Shown here piece by piece: positions 19,954 to 29,823 of a stretch of 64,000 nt of DNA. The stretch comes from an uncultured Bacteroidales bacterium (GTDB lineage: Bacteria > Bacteroidota > Bacteroidia > Bacteroidales > VadinHA17), in NCBI GenBank assembly GCA_963702415.1, contig CAVPCP010000025.1:29973-93972 (forward strand). Reading direction: 5' to 3'. Position 1 is the first letter of the stretch. Every line of letters starts with the position of its first letter. Made by a program: the position numbers and the translations under genes. Under the pieces are notes generated by a model. The model was not told the origin of the DNA, made no database searches, and was given only the letters and a program-made list of their open reading frames with translations.

Positions 19954-20703
19954 TTAAATAACTTTTGCTTCGTTCTGGAGAAGCTCTATCAGTTGTGCAG
20001 GATTTTCTGCATCAATATATTTACAGGCAGCACGTGGTTGCGGTTTTTCAAAGCCTGCTATTTCTGTCATCTTTTCAACAGCAACCGGTTCATAGAGCTT
20101 TACAGATTTTGTCCTGGCAGTCATTATTCCCCGCATTGAAGCAATCCTGGGCTCTTTTGCAATACCTTTCTGTACAACAGCAACAAAAGGAACAGGAACT
20201 TTAACGCTCTCCCTGCCGCCATCAATCTCCCTTGTAAGGACCGGAGATCCGTTATCAATTTTCAGGTCCGACACTGAGGAAACAGAGGGGATCGCAAGAA
20301 ATTCCGATATCATTCCTCCAACTGCAGAACCGTTGAAATCGCTCGACTCTATTCCGCATAAAACAATATCAAATCCTTCTTTTCTGACCACTTCAGCAAT
20401 CTGGGCTGCAACAGAATATGCATCCGACGGATCCGAATTGATCCTTATTGCATCATCTGCACCTATTGCTAAAGCTTTTCTGATTGTTGGTTCTGATCCT
20501 GCTGACCCAACATGAGCCACTGTTACTGATTTAACGCCGCTTGAGGCATCATCCTTCAATTCCAGGGCACGCGTAAGGGATAGTTCATCCCATGGATTAA
20601 TAACCCACTGAATGCCTGAAATATCAATAGAGGCATTACCTTCAGCAAATTTAATCTTTGTAGTAGTATCCGGAACATTACTTATGCAGACCAATATTTT
20701 CAT
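19954..20703 (-). CDS. etfB: electron transfer flavoprotein beta subunit
   Basis: MKILVCISNVPD, INPWDE, RKALAIGADDA, REIDGG, EPRIASMRGIM. Confidence 0.96.
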   Translation of the reverse strand: MKILVCISNVPDTTTKIKFAEGNASIDISGIQWVINPWDELSLTRALELKDDASSGVKSVTVAHVGSAGSEPTIRKALAIGADDAIRINSDPSDAYSVAAQIAEVVRKEGFDIVLCGIESSDFNGSAVGGMISEFLAIPSVSSVSDLKIDNGSPVLTREIDGGRESVKVPVPFVAVVQKGIAKEPRIASMRGIMTARTKSVKLYEPVAVEKMTEIAGFEKPQPRAACKYIDAENPAQLIELLQNEAKVI

Positions 20704-21024
20704 CTGTTTCCTGTTTTTAGTTAATTTATTCCTGTTTTGATCTGAAAGAAAAAACCCAATGCTTTCTGTCGCCGAGGCGGCAAATATAATAATTTAAGGT
20801 TCAAAAGCAAATCCGGGTCCATTCATTTTTTTACACGTATTCGAAACTATAAATTATTTTAACTGACTAAATTTCTATTAATTAGCACAGCGTTCTCCGG
20901 AAAGTTTATCAATCAGTCGAATTGGTTACATTATAAAAGTCTTCTGAATATTTTTATACACGTCTTGATAACTTTTAATTATTAAAGTTAAATTCGCACG
21001 CCCAAACAATTGGCCTTTAAATTA

Positions 21025-21948
21025 ATGAAAAGTAAAATAAGGATATACGGAGGTGTTTCTCTGGCGATGATATTCTGGGCATTTTCATTTATCTGGTTTA
21101 AAATAGCAAATGAAACATTCCGTCCGATTACAATAGTATTTTTACGACTGGTCTTTTCAATATTACTTCTATCGACCTACCTGGGAATTAAAAAGAAATT
21201 TGAGAAGATCCGTAAAGAGGATCGCAAATTATTTTTTATGCTGGCCCTTTTTGAACCATTCTTTTATTTTCTGGGGGAAAGCTTCGGGCTGACTTATGTT
21301 TCTGCCACCGTTGGGTCAGTACTGATCTCTACAATTCCTGTTGTTGCCACGATCGGAGCCTGGATATTCTTTAAGGAAAGGTTAAAAGCCATAAATTATT
21401 TCGGCATAATTGTCTCGTTCGCCGGCATTATTATTTTTGTCATGAACAGAGAAGGATCTCTGACATTCAATATGAAAGGATTAAGTCTTTTATTGCTGGC
21501 AGTTTTTTCTGCATCCGGTTATAATCTAACGCTTAGCAGGCTGGTTGGAAGATATAACCCGGTATTTATTGTAAATCTCCAGAACATCATTGGTGCGATC
21601 CTTTTTTTGCCGGTTTTTCTTATTTCCGATTTCCGGTATTTCATAAGTACTCCATTCAGCCTCAGCGCCATGAAACCAGTTATTCAGCTGTCTGTTTTCG
21701 CATCATGCGGAGCATTCATTTTATTTGCCTTTTCAGTCAGGAATATGGGAATAACCAGGGCTAATGTCTTCACATATTTCATTCCTATTTTCACTGCATT
21801 TTTTTCGTTTTTTATTTTAGATGAGAAGCTAACGGGGCAGAATATTATCGGGATGGCTGTTGTAATATCAGGACTGATAATGTCGCAGATTAACGGACGA
21901 CCAAAGAAAAACGAAGAAGCCATGATACTTACAGGAAAGACCGCCTGA
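21025..21948 (+). CDS. DMT/EamA family transporter
   Basis: About 10 TM helices in two EamA-like repeats (FWAFSFIW, FFKERL, ILDEKL). ATG at 21025 preferred over TTG at 21010. Confidence 0.88.
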   Translation: MKSKIRIYGGVSLAMIFWAFSFIWFKIANETFRPITIVFLRLVFSILLLSTYLGIKKKFEKIRKEDRKLFFMLALFEPFFYFLGESFGLTYVSATVGSVLISTIPVVATIGAWIFFKERLKAINYFGIIVSFAGIIIFVMNREGSLTFNMKGLSLLLLAVFSASGYNLTLSRLVGRYNPVFIVNLQNIIGAILFLPVFLISDFRYFISTPFSLSAMKPVIQLSVFASCGAFILFAFSVRNMGITRANVFTYFIPIFTAFFSFFILDEKLTGQNIIGMAVVISGLIMSQINGRPKKNEEAMILTGKTA

Positions 21949-22038
21949 TATTTCAGTTCATTGCCAGTTTCAGTTGAGATGTTTTATCCTGAAACCTGCC
22001 GGTAAAAATTATATATTTACATTCATTTTCAAATATCA

Positions 22039-23076
22039 GTGAAACAAATTGTATTCATATTTCTCTTTTGCATGATGCCGGTATACTCTGCTTCCCAGAC
22101 CGGGGGAGATAATATTTATGAGTTCCTAAATCTGACTCATTCCGGACGGATTTCATCGCTTGGAGGTTCAAATGTATCACTGACAGGCATTAATCTGAAT
22201 TTTGCCAGTATTAATCCCGCACTCCTTGATGCACAAATGGATAACAGTCTCGCGCTGGACTATTCAAACTATTTTGCAGGAATTAATTATGGGCTGGTAA
22301 TGTATTCACGGTCGCTGCAAAAATCAGGCAGCATTGCAGGAGGAATAACTTACCTGAATTATGGTTCCTTTACTGAAGCAGATGCTTCAGGTAATATAAC
22401 CGGTTCCTTCAATGCTTCAGAAACGGCTTTTTCAATAATTTATTCCCGTGAACTGGATTCATTGTTCTCAGTAGGAATAAATTTCAAGCCTGTTCTCTCT
22501 CATCTTGAAAATTATTCATCGTTTGGATTCGCTTTCGATATCGGCGCATCCTGGCACAATCGCGAAAATCTTTTATCAGCAGGCCTGGTAATCAGGAATA
22601 TAGGTTACCAGGTTACTACTTATGCCGGTGAAGCAAGAGGTAACCTGCCATTAGAGGTACTGGCAGGTGTATCAGCCAGACTTGCTCATGCGCCTTTCAG
22701 ATTTTCACTGACTCTCAGGCATCTTGAAAAATATGACCTCACCTATCAGTACGCTCCAACAGATGAGGGATCAGACCCTGGAACATCAGAATTCTTTGAG
22801 AACATGATGAAACATATTATAATGGGTGCGGAAATAATCCCTCACAAAAATTTCTACCTGAGCCTTGGATACAATCATCAGAGAAGAAGTGAACTGCAGA
22901 CTGACTCAAAAGTTGCAGGAACAGGATTCACATGGGGATTCGGGGTCAATACTTCAATGCTCGATATAGAATTCGGCAGGGCATCATATCATCTTGCAGG
23001 ATCGTCAAATCATGTTTCTTTGATTTTGAGACCTGATTTTATGGCCAAAAAATTCATAAGCCCCCAAACCCCCTGA
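22039..23076 (+). CDS. porQ: type IX secretion system beta-barrel PorQ
   Basis: YEFLNL..S.R..SLGG..NPALL, YLNYGSF, GYNHQRRSEL; position directly upstream of cmk-ispH as in other Bacteroidota. Confidence 0.85.
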   Translation: MKQIVFIFLFCMMPVYSASQTGGDNIYEFLNLTHSGRISSLGGSNVSLTGINLNFASINPALLDAQMDNSLALDYSNYFAGINYGLVMYSRSLQKSGSIAGGITYLNYGSFTEADASGNITGSFNASETAFSIIYSRELDSLFSVGINFKPVLSHLENYSSFGFAFDIGASWHNRENLLSAGLVIRNIGYQVTTYAGEARGNLPLEVLAGVSARLAHAPFRFSLTLRHLEKYDLTYQYAPTDEGSDPGTSEFFENMMKHIIMGAEIIPHKNFYLSLGYNHQRRSELQTDSKVAGTGFTWGFGVNTSMLDIEFGRASYHLAGSSNHVSLILRPDFMAKKFISPQTP

Positions 23077-23270
23077 AGGGTGCTTTTAGAAAATAATTAA
23101 CTTTAGGGCCCGATTGGGGATAAAATTGACAATGAAATAATCCGGAATTAATGTAATCCTCTTTACTGAAAAACCCCCTTTCTTATTTCCCCCAGGGGGG
23201 AAAAGATAAGTTAGCTCCTTCCCCCTTGGGGGAAAGCCTGCCCCGCTTCGGCGGGGGTTGGGAAGGGGGT
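23060..23270. repeat. cluster of REP-like GC hairpins
   Basis: GCCCCCAAACCCCCTGAAGGG (same family as 16740/16794) overlaps the porQ stop; also TTTCCCCCAGGGGGGAAA, TTCCCCCTTGGGGGAA, CCCCGC-TTCG-GCGGGG, with outer arms ACCCCCTT / AAGGGGGT. Confidence 0.75.
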
Positions 23271-23327
23271 CGTTAAGATGAAAAACTTGTCGCATGAAAT
23301 ATGAATAAATGGTTTGATATAAAGGCA

Positions 23328-24023
23328 ATGGATAAGAAACTGATTATTGCAATTGATGGTTATTCATCATGCGGCAAGAGTACTTTTGCAAAGGCAATTG
23401 CCATGGAGATGAACTATATCTATATCGACAGCGGAGCCATGTACCGTGCTGTCACTCTGTATTGCCTGAGAAAAGGATACGCAGGAAAAGGTAATATCAG
23501 AATGAGAAACATACTTGACGATATTATAAATATGCATATCAGTTTTGTCTATAACTCTGACCTTTCTGAATACGAGACCTATCTTAACTCAGAAAATGTC
23601 GAAAGCGAGATCAGGGGAATTGAAGTTTCATCGTATGTAAGCAGAATCAGCCAGATCCCGGAGGTTCGTGCCCGCATGGTCGGATTACAGAGGCAGATTG
23701 GCGTTTTCAAAGGTATCGTAATGGATGGCAGGGATATAGGCACTGTTGTGTTTCCTGATGCCGATCTGAAGATTTTCATGACTGCCTCAGTTGACATAAG
23801 GGCTAAAAGAAGGTTTGATGAGCTCAGAAATAAAAAAGTGGAAGTTGAATTTGAAGAAATTAAAAAAAATATAATTGCCAGGGATATAGCCGATGAGAAC
23901 AGGGACATAAGTCCATTGAGACGAGCTGAAGATGCTTTAGTATTGGATAACAGCCGTATGACAGTGGCTAAGCAGATGGAATGGGTTATGAATATTATCA
24001 GAAACAGGATAAATGCTGGTTGA
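23328..24023 (+). CDS. cmk: cytidylate kinase
   Basis: IAIDGYSSCGKST, IDSGAMYR, VMDGRDIGTVVFPDA. Confidence 0.97.
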   Translation: MDKKLIIAIDGYSSCGKSTFAKAIAMEMNYIYIDSGAMYRAVTLYCLRKGYAGKGNIRMRNILDDIINMHISFVYNSDLSEYETYLNSENVESEIRGIEVSSYVSRISQIPEVRARMVGLQRQIGVFKGIVMDGRDIGTVVFPDADLKIFMTASVDIRAKRRFDELRNKKVEVEFEEIKKNIIARDIADENRDISPLRRAEDALVLDNSRMTVAKQMEWVMNIIRNRINAG

Positions 24024-24978
24024 AATTGATAAAAGGTCAGGGTTTTGTTTTGGCGTGCAGAATGCGGTTGAAATAGCTGAGAAGGCTTTGAGCCGCGGAG
24101 AGAAAGTATTCTCCCTCGGCCCGATTGTCCACAACGATAAAGAAATGGAACGTTTATCCTCCCTGGGGCTGGTCAATATCAATCACGAACAATTCAGGCA
24201 ACTTCAAAACTGCAATGTGCTTATTCGAGCCCATGGAGAACCACCTGATATATACACTTATGCACAAAAGAACAATATCACAATCATTGAAGCAACATGC
24301 CCGATAGTAAAAACACTGCAGTCGAGAATCAGCACGAGATGGTTGAATCTGAAGAAGGATAACGGACAGATTGCCATTTTCGGCAAACCAGGGCATGCCG
24401 AGGTTATCGGATTAATGGGTCAGACATACAATGAAGGTATTCTGATATCAAGCTCTGCCGACATTGATAAAATTGATCTTTCCCGTCCGGTTGCTCTCTT
24501 TTCCCAGACAACTATGGATTTAAATGAGTATAACCACATCAAAAAGCTGATATATAACAAGATGAAAGAACACGGGGTTCTGGACCCTGATAAAAACTTT
24601 CAGATAAACAATACTGTCTGCGGACAAGTATCAAACAGGGAATCTCATCTGAGGATCTTTGCAGGAAGACATGATATTATAATTTTTGTCAGTGGGAAAG
24701 AGAGTTCCAATGGCAGGATGCTTTACGCTACATGTAAAAGTGTTAATCCTGACACCTATTTTGTTTCCTCTCCTGAAGAAATCGAGGTTTCATGGTTTGC
24801 AGGGAAGAAATCAGCAGGAATATGCGGAGCAACTTCAACACCGAAATGGCTTATCAAGCAAATACTGGACCTTATCCAAGAGATATTAAATATAATCCTA
24901 AATTACATTACCCAGAATGTTAAAATCAAAAGTATATTTTACAGACCTCAGAATAAAATCATCGGTAAACCTGCTTAA
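24013..24978 (+). CDS. ispH: 4-hydroxy-3-methylbut-2-enyl diphosphate reductase
   Basis: SGFCFGV, IVHN, RAHG, ATCP, HAEV, SQTT, TVCGQV, SSNG, GATSTP. The last ~30 aa overlap the next gene and may be a frameshift artefact. Confidence 0.95.
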   Translation: MLVEIDKRSGFCFGVQNAVEIAEKALSRGEKVFSLGPIVHNDKEMERLSSLGLVNINHEQFRQLQNCNVLIRAHGEPPDIYTYAQKNNITIIEATCPIVKTLQSRISTRWLNLKKDNGQIAIFGKPGHAEVIGLMGQTYNEGILISSSADIDKIDLSRPVALFSQTTMDLNEYNHIKKLIYNKMKEHGVLDPDKNFQINNTVCGQVSNRESHLRIFAGRHDIIIFVSGKESSNGRMLYATCKSVNPDTYFVSSPEEIEVSWFAGKKSAGICGATSTPKWLIKQILDLIQEILNIILNYITQNVKIKSIFYRPQNKIIGKPA

Positions 24979-26035
24979 AAAGCTTGAAAATCTTGTCATC
25001 CGTGCAGGTATTGAACAAATTGACTTCAAACAGAAATTTGTTGCCATTAAGATTCACTTCGGTGAACCAGGCAATATGGCATATCTTCGCCCAAACTATG
25101 CTGCCAGGATAGTAAGAATGCTGAAATCAAAGCAGGCTGTTCCGTTCCTTACCGACTGCAATACTCTTTACTGGGGAAGAAGGTCAAATGCACCTTCGCA
25201 TCTGGAAGCTGCTTTCGAAAACGGTTATAATCCACTTGCAACTGATTGTCATGTAATTATTGCAGATGGCATTAAGGGAACTGAATATCGCGAAGTCGGT
25301 ATTGATCTTGAATTGTGCAAATCGGCAAAAATAGGATCTGCAATTGCAGATGCCGATATTATAATCTCAATGAACCATTTCAAGGGACACGAACTGACAG
25401 GTTTTGGTGGTGCACTGAAAAACCTTGGGATGGGCTGCGCTTCAGTGGGCGGAAAACTGTTTCTTCACTCAGGATCTTCGCCGGAGATCCATGAAAAGAA
25501 TTGCACGGGATGCAGAATCTGTGAAAAGTACTGCGCCCATGATGCCATAAAGGTAGGTAATGATAAAATTGCTCATATCGATTATGAAAAATGTGTCGGA
25601 TGCGGACAATGTGTAGCTGTATGCCAGTATGATTCTGCAAGAGTAGTCTGGAAAAGCTCTTCGGAAACGGTGTGTAAAAGGATTTCCGAATACGCTCTTG
25701 CAGCAGTTAAGGACAAGCCGTCATTTCATATCAACTTTATAATGGATGTTTCTCCCAATTGCGATTGCTGGGATGCAAATGATTTTCCAGTTGTTCCCGA
25801 CATTGGAATTGCTGCTTCATCAGATCCAGTAGCTCTCGATCAGGCATGCGCCGATATGGTAAAAAAAGCTCCCGCACTTCCCGGAAGTGCTATTCGCGAT
25901 AAGAATTCCGATGATGATATGGCCGGAATGGATAAATTTCAGATTGCCCATCCCGATACCAACTGGCAATCAGGCATAGAACATGCTGTAAAAATCGGTC
26001 TGGGCAACAGTGACTATGAATTAATTAAAGTCTGA
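24917..26035 (+). CDS. DUF362 domain Fe-S protein with 2x4Fe-4S ferredoxin insert
   Basis: VAIKIHFGE, HFKGHE, GGALKNLGMG, CTGCRICEKYC, CVGCGQCVAVC, CDC, DPVALDQA. Confidence 0.88.
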   Translation: MLKSKVYFTDLRIKSSVNLLKKLENLVIRAGIEQIDFKQKFVAIKIHFGEPGNMAYLRPNYAARIVRMLKSKQAVPFLTDCNTLYWGRRSNAPSHLEAAFENGYNPLATDCHVIIADGIKGTEYREVGIDLELCKSAKIGSAIADADIIISMNHFKGHELTGFGGALKNLGMGCASVGGKLFLHSGSSPEIHEKNCTGCRICEKYCAHDAIKVGNDKIAHIDYEKCVGCGQCVAVCQYDSARVVWKSSSETVCKRISEYALAAVKDKPSFHINFIMDVSPNCDCWDANDFPVVPDIGIAASSDPVALDQACADMVKKAPALPGSAIRDKNSDDDMAGMDKFQIAHPDTNWQSGIEHAVKIGLGNSDYELIKV

Positions 26036-26115
26036 ATTCCACTTCTTATACTCATTTAAATTTGGCTGTTAAAAATTCTGTATAAATTAGTCCATCCGTA
26101 GTTACTCCATCACTT

Positions 26116-26964
26116 ATGAGTGTAAAAACAAGCATTGCCAGGCTTTCTGTCTTTTCAAATACCCTTCTGATAGCGATGAAGCTGATCGTCGGGATTATAA
26201 GCGGATCAGTAAGCATAATATCAGAAGCTATCCACTCATCAATGGATCTTGTGGCTGCAGTTATTGCATTTTTCGCGGTAAAAGTTTCTGATAATCCACC
26301 TGATTCAAAACATCCTTACGGGCACGGAAAGGTTGAAAACATTTCAGGAGTTGTTGAAGGGGTCCTGATACTTGCTGCCGCTGCATTGATAATAGTTGAA
26401 GCTATTAAAAAACTGCTGGGCGACCCTTTGGAGCTCGAATCAATCTGGATAGGTTCGCTGGTAATGTTTGTGTCAGCTGCTGTAAATGCATATGTTTCGC
26501 GAAGACTCTATAAAGTGGCCCGCGAAACCAATTCTGTGGCCCTTGAAGCAGATGCTCTGCATCTAAAGACTGATGTTTATACATCGCTGGGGGTTGGAAT
26601 CGGACTCGGCCTGATAATTGTGACCGGAATTAAGTGGTTTGATCCTGTAATTGCTATCCTGGTTGCCCTTTTTATAATCAATGAATCTTACAATCTGATA
26701 AGCAGGGCATTCTCACCACTTCTCGATACAGCATGGGGCGAATTTGAGATAGAAGATCTGGAAAGAAGACTTAATAATCTGGAAGTAAACTACCATGACC
26801 TGAGAACCCGCGTGGCAGGAAATTACAGGTTTATTGATATTCATGTTGAGATCCCCGAAAGTGAATCAGTTGGTAATGCTCACAATTATTGTGACAAAAT
26901 TGAAGAGGCACTTAAAAATGCATACAGCAATCTGACAGTAACAATACATGTAGAGCCCCGATGA
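26116..26964 (+). CDS. cation diffusion facilitator (FieF-like)
   Basis: EAIHSSMD, HPYGHGKVE, ADALHLKTD, IHVEP. Confidence 0.92.
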   Translation: MSVKTSIARLSVFSNTLLIAMKLIVGIISGSVSIISEAIHSSMDLVAAVIAFFAVKVSDNPPDSKHPYGHGKVENISGVVEGVLILAAAALIIVEAIKKLLGDPLELESIWIGSLVMFVSAAVNAYVSRRLYKVARETNSVALEADALHLKTDVYTSLGVGIGLGLIIVTGIKWFDPVIAILVALFIINESYNLISRAFSPLLDTAWGEFEIEDLERRLNNLEVNYHDLRTRVAGNYRFIDIHVEIPESESVGNAHNYCDKIEEALKNAYSNLTVTIHVEPR

Positions 26965-26983
26965 AGCAATTAATAATATGATC

Positions 26984-29237
26984 CTACTTCAGATATTTCA
27001 GCCTCAGGCTGTTGCTTACAACACTCACGCTGCTTAGTGCCATTGCTGCGCCTGCAATCATCGGGTTAAGAAGGAATCCGTTGATGGGAAAAAGAACGCC
27101 TGCAGCGATCGGAATTCCGATCACATTATAAATAAACGCCCAGAAGAGATTCTGCCTGATGGTCTTTACAGTATTGCGGCTTAAACGGATTGCAGCCGGA
27201 ATGACTGAAAGATCGTTGCTTATTATTGTCATTTTTGCGGCATCAATTGCTATATCCGAACCTTTGCCCATTGCAATACTGACATCTGCTGTTGCCAGAG
27301 CCTGGCTGTCGTTGATGCCGTCACCAACCATACCAACTGTTTTTCCCCGCTTCTGAAGAGCGGCAATGAAATCAGCTTTTTCCGAAGGCATCATTTCTGC
27401 TTTAAAATTCTGTATACCTGCTTTTTTAGCAACTGCTTCAGCAGTTCTGGTATTATCACCTGTAACCAGATAAACCTCTATGCCCATTTTACCCAGCTGT
27501 TCTACAGTACCAGAAGATGTTGGTCTGATCTTGTCAGAGACTGACATAATTGCAAGAACATCATTGCTGTCAGCAAAACCTATAACCGTCGATGCATCAG
27601 CTTCCCATCTTTCAGCCAGATCTTCAAGGCCCGATTCAATTCTGATTGCTTTCTCCCGGAAAAATTTTAGCTGTCCGGCATAGTATAGTTCCTTCTTGTA
27701 TTTACCTGTAATCCCTTTCCCCGTAATGCTTGTGACGCCGGAAAGGGAGACCGGTTCAGCCGAATCTTTAAGATATCTTACAACAGCCTCAGCCAAAGGA
27801 TGTTCAGACATTCTTTCAAGGCTGAATAAAATGTTTTTTCCATTGATCTTATCTTCATCACTCCTCCATTCGATCATTTCAACTGATGGTTTCCCTTCTG
27901 TTACAGTTCCGGTCTTGTCAAGTACCAGAGCATTCATCTATATGAGTAAGTTCAAGCGCTTCGGCATCCTTTATCAGGATATTGTTTTCCGCTCCTTTAC
28001 CAATACCGACCATAATGGCGGTGGGTGTTGCAAGGCCAAGGGCACACGGACATGCAATTACCAGAACGGTGATCATCGAAAGCAGTCCCTGGACAAATCC
28101 GTTTTCTCCTCCCAGGATCCACCAGATTACCAACGTGATAATTGAAATTCCGACAACAACCGGTACAAATACTCCTGCAATCCTGTCAACGAGTTTCTGT
28201 ACAGGTGCTTTACTCCCCTGAGCTTCCTGCACCCGCCTGATAATACTGCTTAAAAGAGTTTCTGATCCCACTTTTTCAGCCATGATCCGGAAAGTTCCTT
28301 TCTGATTTACTGTTCCGGTGAAAACATACGAATCCTTCTCCTTTATTACCGGTACAGGTTCGCCTGTAATCATGCTTTCATCAACAAAACTGCTCCCTTC
28401 AGTGACTTTTCCGTCGACAGGAATTTTATCTCCCGGTTTTACAAGAATTATATCACCAGGTTTCACTTTGGCTATTAGAAATTCTCTGATCTCGCCGCTT
28501 TCAAGAACTTTAAAGACAGTTCTGGGCTGTAATCCAATAAGTTTTTTTATTGCTGATGATGTGTTTGCTTTTGCGCCTTCCTCAAGAAGCTTTCCAAGCA
28601 TTACCAGGGCAATCACAACACCCGAGGCTTCAAAATAGACATGAGCATGCAAGCCCCTGTTTTCCCAGAACTCAGGAAAAAGTGTATTAAATACACTAAA
28701 TATATATGCTATTCCTGTACTTAATGCGACAAGGGTATCCATCGTTGCAATACCATGCATTATCTGCTTCCATGCATTAATGAAGAAGGAACGTCCGAAC
28801 CAGAATACAATTGGTGTAGCCAGAGCCCACATGATGTAGCTGGCGTATGGCAGCTTCATGAAGACCATACTTAATAACACCAGAGGTACCGCCAGGATAA
28901 TTGCCCATATCACCCTGTTTTTCAGCGAAGTGTATCGTTTATGCTGAATATTTTCAAGTTCTTCCCGTGCATTCTCCGATTCATCAATTATCAGGTCATA
29001 CCCGGCTGAGGAAACAGCCTCTTTAAGATCAAGGGGGTTAACAACAGAAGGATTGAATTCAAGAGTCGCTATCTGAGATGCGAGGTTCACTGAAGCTTTC
29101 ACAACTCCTGGCTGTTTTTTCAGGGTAGTTTCAATATTGGAAGCGCATGAAGCACACGACATTCCCGTGACAGGAAATTGTTTCTTCACAATTTTCAGAT
29201 CAGTAATTTGTTTCTCCTGATTAAAATACTCTTCCAT
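26984..29237 (-). CDS. copA: Cu(I)-translocating P1B-type ATPase (frameshift near 27935)
   Basis: GMSCASC, TGEP, CPCALG in the 5' ORF; DKTGT, SEHPL, GDGIND, YN and MALSS in the 3' ORF. Confidence 0.92.
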
Positions 29238-29467
29238 TACTTCAACAGAGTCTGAATTACCATTTACAGGTTTTCATGTTTTTCCCCCGTGTATCTTCCC
29301 GAAAATTATTATATCGTTTCTTTCCGGTTAAATCATGGTGTGAAATTAGATATTAATAATAAACAATTGATATACAAATTAGTTTGTTCATAGATTTTCC
29401 CCTTTGTTAATAGTGTAAAAATAAGGTGCATGCAGATTATACCGGTATGCTTTTCGATGGTTTAGTC

Positions 29468-29532
29468 AGTAAATAATATAACTTTTTTATGGAATTCTGT
29501 AACACTTTCGGGTATCAAATGATTTAACTTTG
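29468..29532 (+). promoter_or_regulatory. regulon motif copy 1 (TATAA-N16-TGTAA-N22-TAACTTTG)
   Basis: Cores at 29477 and 29498, -7 box at 29525; upstream of the 29575 ORF. Confidence 0.7.
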
Positions 29533-29574
29533 GCCTGTTAGGTTCCATTTGTATCTCACATCATAAAAGGAAAA

Positions 29575-29820
29575 ATGAACGCTACAGAAATAAAAGAAAG
29601 GCTTAACAGACGGAATGAAGCGCTCAAACAGAAATTTACTGTCGCAAATGGTAATTCCATCAGGCCGAAAACAGAAAGACAATATGCGATTTTAAAACAG
29701 CTTCGCAATAAACTTGGTAAGTCAAAAGTTGAATTTAATAAGATTTTCGACCTCTATAAACATCTGCTTGGCCAGAAGAATCCGGGAGCCTTTCGCAGAA
29801 CGTCTCCACCTGAACAATAA
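29575..29820 (+). CDS. small protein with CsbD-like C-terminal helix pair; paralog of 55995-56207
   Basis: QYAILKQLRNKLGKSKVEFNKIFDLYKHLL aligns with KYEMLGNLRKRLGKSKEEFNRILEFYKHLL; both share the same promoter motif. Confidence 0.6.
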   Translation: MNATEIKERLNRRNEALKQKFTVANGNSIRPKTERQYAILKQLRNKLGKSKVEFNKIFDLYKHLLGQKNPGAFRRTSPPEQ

Positions 29821-29823
29821 ATC

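Noticed and set aside
23086-23328. 80-aa minus-strand ORF between porQ and cmk
   Set aside because: It is a translation of the GC palindromic repeats, antisense to a conserved operon.
29341-29400. Regulon motif upstream of copA
   Set aside because: Only a single TGTAT core, 23 bp from a weak -7 box, with no partner core at 21 bp.
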